From: an uncultured Candidatus Saccharibacteria bacterium
GTDB taxonomy: Bacteria; Patescibacteriota; Saccharimonadia; UBA4664; CAYXHD01
Direction of reading: 5' to 3'
NCBI GenBank assembly: GCA_964464915.1
Contig: CAYXHD010000001.1
Location: forward strand, 1-56,655
DNA length: 56,655 nucleotides
Numbering within the stretch: the stretch's first letter is position 1; every line of letters starts with the position of its first letter. Below are positions 7,494-17,202 of this stretch, one piece after another. The notes under the pieces were generated by a model. It made no database searches. It was not told where the DNA came from and was given only the letters and a program-made list of their open reading frames with translations. The translations under genes and the position numbers were made by a program.

Positions 7494-8669
7494 ATGATGC
7501 CTTATAGCGGAATAACCGACCCCAAACTACCCGATTACGTGAAGGAACTCGATGAATCTGAGCGTAAGCAGTGGGTATCAACTTTTAACCGTGTGATGAG
7601 CGAAACGGGTGATGAGGGCCGCGCGTTTGCGACCGCCTCAAGTGCGATCAAGTCCAGTCCTGAGGAATCGGCATGGCTTGAAACACTCAACACCCTAGCA
7701 CCGGATAAACTGAGCCTGATTGAACGCTTTGTGAAGTGGTTTAATGGTGAAAGTAAACAGCTTAACACGTTTGGCTTTAAGGTCGTAGGCGATAATCAGT
7801 GGGTTGCATGGTATACCAACGCCTATCAGGATAAAGATTATGAGTTTTTCCCACAACAGGCCATTAACCATGATATTCATTACATGGCGGAAAATGACGC
7901 CTATCCTGAGTTGTGGTTCTATCATATCCCCGGTACAGCACACGGTAAAGCGACATGGGCCGGGATGGTCGGTAAGTTAGCGGTTGCGGTGGGGGAGTTT
8001 TACAACACCCCGACGGCGCAAGCATTTAAAGCCTACTACCGCAAAAACAAAATGGAACTCTCGCATGGGTTTATTTACGACGCCGCCCAAAAACGTAACG
8101 GTGTCTTTTGGAATTACCATACTTACGAAATCTCGACTTTGCCACCGGGTAAGGCGGCAAATCCATATACCGCATTTGATGTAAAGGAACAATCAATGCC
8201 CCAGATGAATGCAGACCAATTTAAAGCCCTAAGCGAAGTCTTGGGGATTGACGCGGCCTTACAGGTGGTACAGGACGGCACGGCACGCGAAAAAGCGTTA
8301 CAAGCTGCCAACGTCGCCTATAAAGCCGAAACACCCGCCGTTACCGATGACGGTAAAGCGGTAACACTTGAGATTGAGGCCGAAACACCTGAGAGTCCAA
8401 TGGTTGAAACTGAGGACGCGGCCTATACCATGAAAGCCCTGTGCGATAAGGTGGATATGCTCACAGGTGCGATGACTAAAATGCTTGAATTGATGGCAAC
8501 TAAAGCGGTACAACCCGAACCAGAGCCGGAAGTAAAAGCAACCCCGCCTGCTCTATCCAATGAACGTAGCGCGGCGATTATCCAAGATTTATTGGAAAAT
8601 CAGAAAAAAGCCGTTGACGATCGGCACTCGATGTTTGACATTACTCAGTTAGTTTTTGGAGGCGAATAA
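7494..8669 (+). CDS. putative prohead protease/scaffold protein with ChaB-like N-terminus (391 aa)
   Basis: Lies immediately upstream of the capsid gene. N-terminus KLPDYVKELDESERKQWVSTFNRV is ChaB-like. Central FYHIPGT...ELSHGF...TLPPGKAANPYT. Helical acidic C-terminus. Confidence 0.45.
   Translation: MMPYSGITDPKLPDYVKELDESERKQWVSTFNRVMSETGDEGRAFATASSAIKSSPEESAWLETLNTLAPDKLSLIERFVKWFNGESKQLNTFGFKVVGDNQWVAWYTNAYQDKDYEFFPQQAINHDIHYMAENDAYPELWFYHIPGTAHGKATWAGMVGKLAVAVGEFYNTPTAQAFKAYYRKNKMELSHGFIYDAAQKRNGVFWNYHTYEISTLPPGKAANPYTAFDVKEQSMPQMNADQFKALSEVLGIDAALQVVQDGTAREKALQAANVAYKAETPAVTDDGKAVTLEIEAETPESPMVETEDAAYTMKALCDKVDMLTGAMTKMLELMATKAVQPEPEPEVKATPPALSNERSAAIIQDLLENQKKAVDDRHSMFDITQLVFGGE
8341..8357. 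repeat. palindrome family copy
   Basis: TTACCGATGACGGTAAA, as V-T-D-D-G-K in the scaffold linker. Confidence 0.75.
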
Positions 8670-8672
8670 TCC

Positions 8673-10157
8673 ATGAGTTTATACCAGTTCCCCCAACAGG
8701 GACAAAAGAACGATCCCCCCGCGAATATTCCGGCGGGTCAAATTCTGCAACAAAACGGCGGCTTGTTTGCCACACCCGGCCTAGACAAGCCTATCTTTAG
8801 CGCGATGTTGCGCCCTATGCCCGGTTTGGCGGATGCTATTCCGGTCATGCCTGCTGGTTCGAGTATTCAACCCCAATCCGAGTATGGCGGTTATGATGCT
8901 AATTTGATGGATACCATCACGGGTGTCACCGCTGGCAACTCCGAAGCGTGGGCCGCCCAGCCTAACGCACCATGCGACGATGCTCCGATTGGTGGGTTGA
9001 TGAAAGCCTGCGCGTTGGTGCAACCTTACGGGCGTCAGTATCAGGCCATTCAGTTTCGCATGAACGAACTAGGCCGTATCCGCAATCGCGGCGTAGCAAC
9101 CGACCTCACCCTGCAAAATCAAGCGCCAACGGGTATGAACTTCCTGCCCACTGGAACCGAGAACGCCAACAATGATGCCTTGCGTAGCGTGATGAATAAC
9201 CGCTTTTTTACCGCTGGTGTTTCATTCCAGCGCCTAATTGCCCCTCTCATCTGGACTTCCACTCCAGCGAATAACATGGCTGGTGGCGGAGCCAAACAAT
9301 ATCAGGGTCTTGAGATTCTGGTAAACAGCGGTAACAAGGTCGATGCCATCACGGGTACTCCATGCGCGGCTATGGATAGTGACATCAAAAACTTCCAATG
9401 CCAGATTGTTAACGCGGGTGGTAATGACATCGTGGCGACGATTGACAGCATGTATAGCTATCTCAATTGGAACGCCTCTCAGATGGGGCTTGACCCGGTA
9501 CAATGGGCGCTGGTCATGCGGCCTGAGTTGTTTGATGAGATTACCAAAGTATGGCCTATCCGCTACTATCAGGAACTCATCGCGGCGCTGGGTAGCACGG
9601 GCAACGGGCGGTTGAACTTTAATGCCAACGAAGGCATTGCGGCGCGTGATGATTACCGGCGCGGTCGTTATTTGCCGCTACGTGGTGAGCAAGTCCCCGT
9701 GATTTTGGACAACACCATGCGCGAGTACAATGTCACGACGAAGGCCGGGCTTGCGGCTGGGCAATACTGCTCAGACATCTACATGCTACCCTTCACGGTT
9801 ATTGGTGGTATCCCGGTTCTCTACTGGGAAGTGTTTGACCAAGACAACATGATGATGCGTGCTGCTGAACAACTTGGCAACTTTAGCGCGACATGGACTT
9901 CCGATAGTGGTCGGTTCCGTTGGTACAAGAATGAACGGAATGGATGTATTGACCTGCGATTCGAGATTGAATACCGCTTGATTCTACGTACCCCGCAACT
10001 GGCTGGGCGCGTTCTGAATGTCGGGTATCAACCGTTGCAGCACTTCCGGCAACCGTTGCCAACTGATCCATATTTCGTCAATGGTGGACGTACTAACTCA
10101 CCATTTGGAAGTTTGTATGAGGAATACAACAGCGGTTCGACTCCGGTTACTCTGTAG
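8673..10157 (+). CDS. major capsid protein (494 aa)
   Basis: Position after the protease/scaffold gene, its size, and a strong hairpin after the stop. No motif-level proof. Confidence 0.6.
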   Translation: MSLYQFPQQGQKNDPPANIPAGQILQQNGGLFATPGLDKPIFSAMLRPMPGLADAIPVMPAGSSIQPQSEYGGYDANLMDTITGVTAGNSEAWAAQPNAPCDDAPIGGLMKACALVQPYGRQYQAIQFRMNELGRIRNRGVATDLTLQNQAPTGMNFLPTGTENANNDALRSVMNNRFFTAGVSFQRLIAPLIWTSTPANNMAGGGAKQYQGLEILVNSGNKVDAITGTPCAAMDSDIKNFQCQIVNAGGNDIVATIDSMYSYLNWNASQMGLDPVQWALVMRPELFDEITKVWPIRYYQELIAALGSTGNGRLNFNANEGIAARDDYRRGRYLPLRGEQVPVILDNTMREYNVTTKAGLAAGQYCSDIYMLPFTVIGGIPVLYWEVFDQDNMMMRAAEQLGNFSATWTSDSGRFRWYKNERNGCIDLRFEIEYRLILRTPQLAGRVLNVGYQPLQHFRQPLPTDPYFVNGGRTNSPFGSLYEEYNSGSTPVTL

Positions 10158-10184
10158 ATTCGTTCTACACTCCCTCCCTCCACT

Positions 10185-10210
10185 CAAGGCAGGTGTAAAA
10201 GCCTGCCTTG
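10185..10210 (+). terminator. hairpin after the capsid gene
   Basis: CAAGGCAGG-tgtaaaag-CCTGCCTTG. Weak T tract. Confidence 0.45.
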
Positions 10211-10408
10211 TATCTGATGAAAGGATAAGCACACACCATCAGTTTATCATCGTAGCAGGTGCGTCATGATGCCAGCCTCAATATCCTCAGGCCAACTGAA
10301 ATTAGTTTAGGGTCAACCATTGCGGGGGTAGCAAATATCGCAGTGTTGGCGGTGCAACGGGTAACAGGCGCGGCGGAAACGTTCTACGGTGCGCTTAACT
10401 GGCGTGAA

Positions 10409-10867
10409 TTACTCTGATTTACCGACGTCGGTAAACTCGACTTTGTTAAACCCGTCCTGATTTACAAATAAATGCACTTCCATTTTGCCATCGGCTTTAA
10501 TCCAGATGGCTTGTATCAACCATTCCTCAGGGGATGCAATATCCACCTGTCGCCAGCTAAACAATTGACCGCCATTAAATAACTCCGTATTGGTGACTTG
10601 ATAGGCAGACTCATCGAGTTGTACCTCATGAAATACAGCCAACTGATTACACAACACTAACTCGTTATGGGCGTCTACCCCGCCGACCGCAAACCAATAA
10701 CCATCGGTTGTTTGTCGCCATTGGTAGTGGTCACGAATACGCATATCCACATGGGCAGGGCTGGCAATAAGGTTATTAGCGGTAACTTGTCGTATGACCT
10801 TGCTGGTAATCACGGGTTGTTCCCGTATGTTCAAAATAGGGGTACGCACTTTATAGATAAGGTTCAT
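10409..10867 (-). CDS. hypothetical protein, possible SH3b-like N-terminus (152 aa)
   Basis: Opposite-strand moron. LNIREQPVITSKVIRQV resembles bacterial SH3. The last 8 codons (FTDVGKSE) carry palindrome copy 10418. Confidence 0.55.
   Translation of the reverse strand: MNLIYKVRTPILNIREQPVITSKVIRQVTANNLIASPAHVDMRIRDHYQWRQTTDGYWFAVGGVDAHNELVLCNQLAVFHEVQLDESAYQVTNTELFNGGQLFSWRQVDIASPEEWLIQAIWIKADGKMEVHLFVNQDGFNKVEFTDVGKSE
10418..10435. repeat. palindrome family copy (perfect 18-mer)
   Basis: TTTACCGACGTCGGTAAA, as F-T-D-V-G-K at the C-terminus of the minus-strand gene. Confidence 0.85.
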
Positions 10868-10880
10868 GGGATGCCCTTTC

Positions 10881-10910
10881 TTGACATTAACCTTGCAATT
10901 AGTTTATCAT
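10881..10910 (+). promoter_or_regulatory. sigma70-like promoter
   Basis: TTGACA-18-TATCAT. Confidence 0.5.
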
Positions 10911-10934
10911 AGGAGTAAAAGAAAGGATACACTT

Positions 10935-11135
10935 ATGAATTTAATTTTTTTGGGTGAGTTTGAATCAGTTAAAGTGTATATCGCTCAGGATGATGACAAT
11001 CATCTAATTTTAGTGGGTGGGAATGATTCACAACGTATCGCAGCTATGGAACACATCAAGGCGATTATTGATGACATCCGCCAACGTACTCCCAAGTTAC
11101 ACCAATGGATAGAGGTAAAAACATGCGAACGTTAG
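10935..11135 (+). CDS. hypothetical protein (66 aa)
   Basis: ATG preceded by AGAAAGGATA. Internal start of ORF 10866..11135. Confidence 0.5.
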   Translation: MNLIFLGEFESVKVYIAQDDDNHLILVGGNDSQRIAAMEHIKAIIDDIRQRTPKLHQWIEVKTCER

Positions 11136-11524
11136 CAGTAATGGGCGTGATTCTGTTGGCGTTGATGATTGTCACCGCTGCGTTATCGAGTGATTCAATC
11201 AACGTGATGACCACCTCCCCCGACGGATTGACGAACCTGCGTTCAGATGGTCATCAGGTCTATATCACTCGCAACGGGCGCGAGGTCGTGATAGCGGAGC
11301 CTAACATCATGGCGTTTACCTTTATGGATAACACCACTGCCCTGATGAATCGTACTGATTACGGGGTGTTGATTATCAACGTGGTCACGGCTCAGGTGTT
11401 TTGGTTAGGGTACAATCCACCCGATAGTTATTGTGACCCGTGCAACATCGGCGGAGGTGGAACGGATGTCTATACCGCTACTCAAATACCCGTTACGTTG
11501 ACGCCTGTACCAACAAAGGGATAA
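11123..11524 (+). CDS. secreted or membrane-anchored protein (133 aa)
   Basis: AGAGG upstream. N-terminal hydrophobic helix MRTLAVMGVILLALMIVTAAL. Confidence 0.55.
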   Translation: MRTLAVMGVILLALMIVTAALSSDSINVMTTSPDGLTNLRSDGHQVYITRNGREVVIAEPNIMAFTFMDNTTALMNRTDYGVLIINVVTAQVFWLGYNPPDSYCDPCNIGGGGTDVYTATQIPVTLTPVPTKG

Positions 11525-11526
11525 CA

Positions 11527-11799
11527 ATGGATGATTTAGCAGAGTACATCAATAGCTTAGAATTACACCCCGCGATACGTAATTGGCTCTATCGAGTCGA
11601 GCGTAACGCTAAAGCCAATACGCCGGATGTGTTTATGCGACAATTAATCATGAGTGTCGGGGCGTTTGTTCTGAGTCAAACACATTATGACAATCAACCT
11701 ACCATTAATCAGATTGCGAATACCATCGGAATAGTAGCCGAATTTTTGGAGGTTAACATCGCTAAATATAATCTCAATGATTTGTGGGGGTATCGGTGA
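11527..11799 (+). CDS. hypothetical protein (90 aa)
   Basis: ATG 3 nt after the upstream stop. Internal start of ORF 11440..11799. Confidence 0.5.
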   Translation: MDDLAEYINSLELHPAIRNWLYRVERNAKANTPDVFMRQLIMSVGAFVLSQTHYDNQPTINQIANTIGIVAEFLEVNIAKYNLNDLWGYR

Positions 11800-11920
11800 T
11801 TCGCCTATTTCAACGATTTTGTTTATGGTTGGTACTCGATGGCCCGGTTCCACTGGGCAGATTAGCGCCCTACATTTTTGGCTTAGGTATTGGCAGGATG
11901 CCACATAAGGTAAGGGATGA

Positions 11921-12205
11921 ATGAATCCACAAGAATTAGCCTATATTGTAGGTGATTTTGACCCGATAGATGAGGATAAACTCAGAATGTATGAGATTTA
12001 TTTATTTTGGCAACGTCCTCATCCTACGCGATTTAAAATGGAACAGGTGCAAGGCCGCGAATTAGCGATGAATCGGTTACTCGAATTGGTTCATGCCCGT
12101 TGGCCTAAAACAACTATTGAACATGACGATTGCCAAGTATGGCCTGCGAATCGTTTATATTTATTGGGCATGATAACCCCGGTAGGGAGTTTACAGGAAA
12201 GATAA
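11921..12205 (+). CDS. hypothetical protein (94 aa)
   Basis: AAGGGA upstream. Followed by a bidirectional hairpin. Confidence 0.5.
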   Translation: MNPQELAYIVGDFDPIDEDKLRMYEIYLFWQRPHPTRFKMEQVQGRELAMNRLLELVHARWPKTTIEHDDCQVWPANRLYLLGMITPVGSLQER

Positions 12206-12214
12206 TTATTAAAA

Positions 12215-12230
12215 GGGAGGTTTCCCTCCC
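12215..12230. terminator. bidirectional hairpin between convergent genes
   Basis: GGGAGG-tttc-CCTCCC with an A tract upstream. Confidence 0.5.
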
Positions 12231-12235
12231 ATAGT

Positions 12236-12742
12236 TTAATCGAATCGGCGGCGCGTTTTACCGTGAATTTCGCAATGACAATCGTGGCATACGGGAATTA
12301 CATCTAGCCAGTGTTCAGGTTCATAACCATTAGGATGATGATAGTGTTGTGCTTGACCTTGACAATTAGAACCTTTATAGACACATTGCAGAGTATGAAC
12401 CTGTGGCAATGTTCCCTTTTTGACAGCCATTTGAACAGCACTATGCGCTTTTATTCTATTGGGATTTGTTTTTTTAGTTTTCTTTCTCCACCGTTCTTGA
12501 CATTCAGCATTTTTTTCTGTTACTCGATATTTGCTATTGCAGTCTTGTCGTTTTTTAGTGCGATTCCATTTTTTGTTTTTAGCCTTTCCCTTTTCGGATT
12601 GTTCATATCGCTTAAAGCAATGTTTACATTGACCAGTATAACCATCGGGGCGGTTCTTGTTACGATAAAACTCCGTAAATGGCAACATGCCAAAACTATC
12701 AACGTTCGGATTTTCGCAGTCTGTTCGACAGCATGGTTTCAT
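12236..12742 (-). CDS. HNH endonuclease-like protein (168 aa)
   Basis: AGGAG 7 nt upstream of the ATG at 12742. C-terminal HYHHPNGY...VIPVCHDCHCEIH. Cys-rich N-terminus. Confidence 0.7.
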   Translation of the reverse strand: MKPCCRTDCENPNVDSFGMLPFTEFYRNKNRPDGYTGQCKHCFKRYEQSEKGKAKNKKWNRTKKRQDCNSKYRVTEKNAECQERWRKKTKKTNPNRIKAHSAVQMAVKKGTLPQVHTLQCVYKGSNCQGQAQHYHHPNGYEPEHWLDVIPVCHDCHCEIHGKTRRRFD

Positions 12743-12839
12743 GATATACTCCTGATTGTTCAAGCGGCCTGCTATTTAGCGGGTCGTTTTTGTTGTAAAC
12801 TATATTATGATTATAGCTTAAAGGAAGGCGTTTTTCAAC

Positions 12840-13568
12840 ATGCAATGGCCTGAAGTGACAATGTTGATTATAACTTTCAAGCGGCCTGATGAAACACGGG
12901 CGGTAATTCGCGCTCTCGAAAAACACGTATATTACCCCAATCTCAAGTGGATAATATGTGACGATTCCAGCGGCAAGGAATATCAAAACGCTTTAAGAGT
13001 TGACTATCCTCATATAAAAATAGTGTCAACCAAAGAAAATAGCGGATGGGGAGCGAACGTGAATAACGGATTGCATCACGTTACGAGTCCTTATGTGTTT
13101 GCAATTGAAAATGATTATCTGCTGACTCAGCATCTTGATTTACGTATCGGGGTAGCCCTGATGCAAACGAATGATGCTATTGGGCGTATCCGCTACGATG
13201 GGATTGTAGGGCATCCTTTGTTAGGACATTTAAGCGAAAGTGACATCCATCAATACATGCCTGAGTATCGGCAAGGCTTAGCCCTACCCGGTAAACTGTC
13301 CTATTGGTTGATTGATAGAGCCAGTCCGACCCTGTGGATTTACTCGAATCGTCCGAGTCTAAGCCATATCCGATTTTGGAAGTTTTACGGGAATTATCCC
13401 GAAGGCTTGCGGTTAGGTGCGACTGAGGAAAGTTACGCGCATATGGTCAGGGATAAAATGGGCGATGTAGGCGCACCTGCTATCGCGGTACTGCCTGAGT
13501 GGGTCGTGCGATGGTACGATGATATTGGGGTATCGTTTCAACATACAGAGGCCGATAGAGGGCAATAA
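12840..13568 (+). CDS. family 2 glycosyltransferase (242 aa)
   Basis: LIITFKRPDETRAVIRALEKHVYYPNLKWIICDDSSG is a GT2 N-terminal signature. Internal ENDY acidic motif. Confidence 0.75.
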   Translation: MQWPEVTMLIITFKRPDETRAVIRALEKHVYYPNLKWIICDDSSGKEYQNALRVDYPHIKIVSTKENSGWGANVNNGLHHVTSPYVFAIENDYLLTQHLDLRIGVALMQTNDAIGRIRYDGIVGHPLLGHLSESDIHQYMPEYRQGLALPGKLSYWLIDRASPTLWIYSNRPSLSHIRFWKFYGNYPEGLRLGATEESYAHMVRDKMGDVGAPAIAVLPEWVVRWYDDIGVSFQHTEADRGQ

Positions 13569-13822
13569 TGCTAAGTCAAGATGAGTTTTGGCAACGATTC
13601 ACGCCGTATCAGGCTGTGCGCGTATTATGGTACTACGATAAATTCAAAGGTATCCCTAGTCCGGGCGTTGGTGGATATGAGCCGATTCTATTTGAGGCGG
13701 GTTATTTAAACCTCCCTAGTCGGGAAAGCAACGTAACGGGCGCGTGGTCATTTACCTTTAGTCCGTCGTTTACCCGTGATTTACCCAAGTTTCGTGCATT
13801 AGCAGCAAAGGAAAACGAATAA
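13568..13822 (+). CDS. hypothetical protein (84 aa)
   Basis: TAATG coupling on both sides. Confidence 0.5.
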   Translation: MLSQDEFWQRFTPYQAVRVLWYYDKFKGIPSPGVGGYEPILFEAGYLNLPSRESNVTGAWSFTFSPSFTRDLPKFRALAAKENE

Positions 13823-14529
13823 TGTTAGGCGAAGGCCCTAAAAGTGTACATACAGGCTGTTACGGGTGGGAAACACCACCTGAGGAAAACGCCTTAATCG
13901 AGTTAGTTAAACAAGTCCCCAACCGTCAAGCGGTCATTGTGGAACTAGGTGGGGAATATGGCAGAAGTGCATCCCAATTCGCCTACGCCCTGCGTACCTA
14001 TGGCAAATCAGGCCATGTCTACACCATTGACCTATTCCCCACGAATCACCCCGTTGTGGGCGATTTGATGAAAGCATGGTATATGAATATCAGCGAGGCC
14101 GGGTATCAGGATGTTTGCACGCCGTTACGGGCTTCGACAGTCGAAGGCGCTAAGGTGTGGTCAGAACACACAACCCCCATTGATTTGTTATTCATTGACG
14201 CGGGTCACACTTATGAGGATGTCAAGGCCGATATTGCGGCGTGGGTGGGGTACGTCAAAGAGGGCGGGATTGTCGCCTTTCACGATTACGCGCAAAAGCC
14301 CGATGCTCACCCGTTACATTTTGAGGTGAAACGCGCCGTTGATGAGTGGGCAGATGCAACCGGATGGGTACGTTATAGCGGCCCTGATTCGTTGGTGTGG
14401 TTTGTCAAGCCCGTGCAACCCGTTACCGTCGTCGGTAAAGTCAAGCCCGATGTCAGCGAGTCGGCTAAACTTGCGCCTAAGGGTGAAAAACGTATCGGTA
14501 GACCACCTAAAACAGCGGAGTCTAAATAA
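13822..14529 (+). CDS. class I SAM-dependent methyltransferase (235 aa)
   Basis: VELGGEYGRSA (motif I-like) and IDLLFIDAGHTYEDVKADI...GGIVAFHDY. Carries palindrome copy 14423 in the C-terminal tail. Confidence 0.7.
   Translation: MLGEGPKSVHTGCYGWETPPEENALIELVKQVPNRQAVIVELGGEYGRSASQFAYALRTYGKSGHVYTIDLFPTNHPVVGDLMKAWYMNISEAGYQDVCTPLRASTVEGAKVWSEHTTPIDLLFIDAGHTYEDVKADIAAWVGYVKEGGIVAFHDYAQKPDAHPLHFEVKRAVDEWADATGWVRYSGPDSLVWFVKPVQPVTVVGKVKPDVSESAKLAPKGEKRIGRPPKTAESK
14423..14439. repeat. palindrome family copy
   Basis: TTACCGTCGTCGGTAAA, as V-T-V-V-G-K in the methyltransferase C-terminal tail. Confidence 0.7.
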
Positions 14530-14895
14530 ATGAGGTATATCAAATTGCTAAGGTTCTATAGACATGAACACAATACCGATAAACGTATGGTAGGCGAACG
14601 TGAGTTAGTTGGCATTGTGCAAGGTGAGGATAATTTAGGGAAAATATCCGAACTTGTGTATGACTGTTTCAATGTCGTGAAACCTACCTACTATTTTGAT
14701 GTAGACGGTAAACAGGTAGATTACATCACACACGCTACTTTCATAGCCAATCACTCGTTTACGTCCTACGATGACGGTGTATATTGGGTATATCCTATGC
14801 TTACATTTGAGGATAGAGGGACATATAATGCCGTGATTTTACGAATTACCTACTATGAACGTAAGCTGCAAGATGCCCCGGCGGAGTCTAAATAG
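14530..14895 (+). CDS. hypothetical protein (121 aa)
   Basis: Starts right after the upstream stop. Confidence 0.5.
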   Translation: MRYIKLLRFYRHEHNTDKRMVGERELVGIVQGEDNLGKISELVYDCFNVVKPTYYFDVDGKQVDYITHATFIANHSFTSYDDGVYWVYPMLTFEDRGTYNAVILRITYYERKLQDAPAESK

Positions 14896-15203
14896 TGCGG
14901 CGTTTTAAACTTAGTGAATCACAACGCTATCTAGTGTTGGTATTTGATTCGATGTGGAGGGCGCATAAAACCGCCCTCACCATTCAACAAATACGCGCAC
15001 GGGGATACGCGGTCAATAGTGCAACCCTAGCCAGTTTACAGCAAGCCGGCATGTTGCGGTACATCGAAGGTCAGGGTTGGAGTGTCACCGCCGCCGGGCG
15101 GATCTACGCCGAATTGTTGCAAGAATTTTTGTCTTTGCGGCGGGATAGTGAGGCCGAAAAAATACTGCGTCAAATCAATTATGATGAGGATGAGGATGAG
15201 TAA
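14895..15203 (+). CDS. hypothetical protein, possible winged-helix fold (102 aa)
   Basis: GTG start overlapping the upstream TAG. Acidic C-terminus. Confidence 0.45.
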   Translation: MRRFKLSESQRYLVLVFDSMWRAHKTALTIQQIRARGYAVNSATLASLQQAGMLRYIEGQGWSVTAAGRIYAELLQEFLSLRRDSEAEKILRQINYDEDEDE

Positions 15204-17184
15204 TTTAATCCCTGTTTTTAGCCTACCCACCCCCAATAGTGCCAGCCGGGATAGTTCAAGTGGTATCAGTCAGGTGGTGTTGAATCTCGCTAAACACCTG
15301 CCTAAATATGGCTATCGTATTACGGAAGATGATACCGAGGCCGCGTTATTCCTACCACATGCGGGGAGTGGTGCGAACGTTAATGCCCAGCGAGTACCAA
15401 CCGTCGCAGTGGTGCATGGCCTGTATCCAACAGGCGAACCCCACGCACGCACCGAATCATGGCACTATGTCATGAACGCACGGGTGATTGAGGATATACG
15501 CCGCGCTGATGAGGTCATTGTACCGAGTGAGTGGGTAGCCGATACCATCCGGCGGGATATGCGATTCAACCCCAACGTCATCGGCTGGGGTGTGGATACC
15601 GACCGCTGGCAACCACTCGAAAATGAGGGCTATGTTCTATGGAATAAAAACCGCAATGAGGGCGTATGTAATCCCGATGTACTCGACCTACTCGCTAAGG
15701 CTTTACCGAACGTGCAATTTGTTACCACGTTTGGCAACCCGGCGCAAAATGTCAGGGTGATAGGTCGTGTCGAAAATGACGTGATGCGTGAATTAGTGGG
15801 TCATGCCGGGGCATATCTAGCTACTACGCGGGAAACGTGGGGCATTGCGACCGCTGAGGCGTTGAGTTGTGGTGTACCTGTCGTAGGGTATAACTGGGCA
15901 GGCACAGCGGCCTTAGTCGAAACAGGGATAAACGGTTATCTAGCGGAGCCGCATGATATTGCGGGATTAATTACAGGGCTAGAATATTGTCTTAAGCATC
16001 GCAGCATCTTATCACAAAACGCGCGGGTATCGGCTTCGTGGTGGTCATGGGAAAACACCGCCGCCGAATTTGCTAAGGTATTTGACCGGGTACTTAATCG
16101 CCAGCCCTCCCACGTCAAGGTGAGTGTGGTTATCCCGTGTTATAACTATGGGGAGTATCTACCATCGGCTATTCAATCCGTCGCTAATCAACAAACTACC
16201 TTTAATTTTGAGATTCTAGTGGCGAATGATGGTAGTACCGATAACACGATTGAGGCTTACCACACCACCACTGAGAATCTACCCGTTAATCCTCATCTAG
16301 CCAACATCGAACTCATGACCCACTCAAATCATGGGGTGAGTTATACCCGCAACATCGCCATTAAACACGCACAAGGCGAGTATGTTGTTTGCCTAGATGC
16401 GGATGATATGTTAGGCCCCGGCTTTTTACAGGTGTGTGCGAATGCGCTTGATACTCAGCGGGATTTAGCCATTGCGTTTACGGGTATCACCATCATGGGC
16501 AGTGACCACGTTCATTCATGGCCTAAAGGGTACAATTACGACCTGCAAACGCAAGCCCTCAATCAAGTGCCATCGGCTTGTATGTTTAAGCGTAAGTTCT
16601 GGCAACGAGTCGGCGGTTATAAACAACGTTACGCCCCGGCTGAGGATGCGCGGTTGTGGTTAGATATTGGCGCTATTGGTGGTAAAGCCAAGCACGTCAC
16701 CGAAGATGGTTTATTTATCTACCGCGTACACGCTAATTCTGAGAGTCGCAAACGACAAGCGCCTGACTGGGTAGGTGATAAAGCATGGATTAAAAGCGGT
16801 CAACGTCCGTTTGCTAGTGATGGTCAACCGCGTGCTTATTCATGGCCTGTACGTGATTACGATAGGCCGCTGGTGAGTATCATTATTCCGGTAGGCCCGA
16901 ATCATCAGGCGTTAGTCTATGATGCCTTAGATAGTGTGGAGACCCAAACGGAACACCGCTGGGAAGTGATTCTGATTAATGATACCGGACATGATTTACA
17001 ACTCACCCCCTATCCCTATGTGCGACTCATCAATACCGCTGGGCGCGTGGGTGCATCAACCGCCCGTAACATGGGTATCGCAGCCGCTAGAGGTAATTTC
17101 GTGGTGTTTTTGGATGCAGATGACATCCTTTACCCTACCTACCTACGCCAAACGATAGCGACCTATGAACGCACGGGGTATTAG
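15196..17184 (+). CDS. multidomain glycosyltransferase: GT4 (GT-B) + GT2 + N-terminal half of a second GT2 (662 aa)
   Basis: ATGAGTAA overlap start. ETWGIATAEALSCGVPVV...GINGYL (E-x7-E region). VSVVIPCYNYGEYL...DADD. VSIIIPVGPNH...DADD. Ends at an in-frame TAG. Confidence 0.75.
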   Translation: MSNLIPVFSLPTPNSASRDSSSGISQVVLNLAKHLPKYGYRITEDDTEAALFLPHAGSGANVNAQRVPTVAVVHGLYPTGEPHARTESWHYVMNARVIEDIRRADEVIVPSEWVADTIRRDMRFNPNVIGWGVDTDRWQPLENEGYVLWNKNRNEGVCNPDVLDLLAKALPNVQFVTTFGNPAQNVRVIGRVENDVMRELVGHAGAYLATTRETWGIATAEALSCGVPVVGYNWAGTAALVETGINGYLAEPHDIAGLITGLEYCLKHRSILSQNARVSASWWSWENTAAEFAKVFDRVLNRQPSHVKVSVVIPCYNYGEYLPSAIQSVANQQTTFNFEILVANDGSTDNTIEAYHTTTENLPVNPHLANIELMTHSNHGVSYTRNIAIKHAQGEYVVCLDADDMLGPGFLQVCANALDTQRDLAIAFTGITIMGSDHVHSWPKGYNYDLQTQALNQVPSACMFKRKFWQRVGGYKQRYAPAEDARLWLDIGAIGGKAKHVTEDGLFIYRVHANSESRKRQAPDWVGDKAWIKSGQRPFASDGQPRAYSWPVRDYDRPLVSIIIPVGPNHQALVYDALDSVETQTEHRWEVILINDTGHDLQLTPYPYVRLINTAGRVGASTARNMGIAAARGNFVVFLDADDILYPTYLRQTIATYERTGY

Positions 17185-17202
17185 GTTTATACCGATTGGG
17201 AT

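Noticed and set aside
10128-10150. tRNA-like T-loop GGTTCGACTCC at the end of the capsid gene (also GGTTCAAGTCC near 214)
   Set aside because: The flanks do not form a T stem or an acceptor stem. Both lie inside well-supported coding frames.
10259-10417. 52-codon GTG-initiated frame between the capsid terminator and the minus-strand gene
   Set aside because: It has a weak RBS, lies downstream of a terminator, and has only compositional support.
12311-12853. 180-aa plus-strand ORF
   Set aside because: It is antisense to HNH gene 12236..12742. Its translation is a Phe/Leu/Ser/Ile-rich string, whereas the minus-strand frame has an AGGAG RBS and an HNH motif.
17182-17184. TAG reassignment (alternative genetic code) as the explanation for the in-frame amber
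   Set aside because: TAG terminates at least eight well-supported genes here, ending at 10157, 14895, 30155, 36263, 37333, 46641, 49674 and 52834. No suppressor tRNA is encoded.
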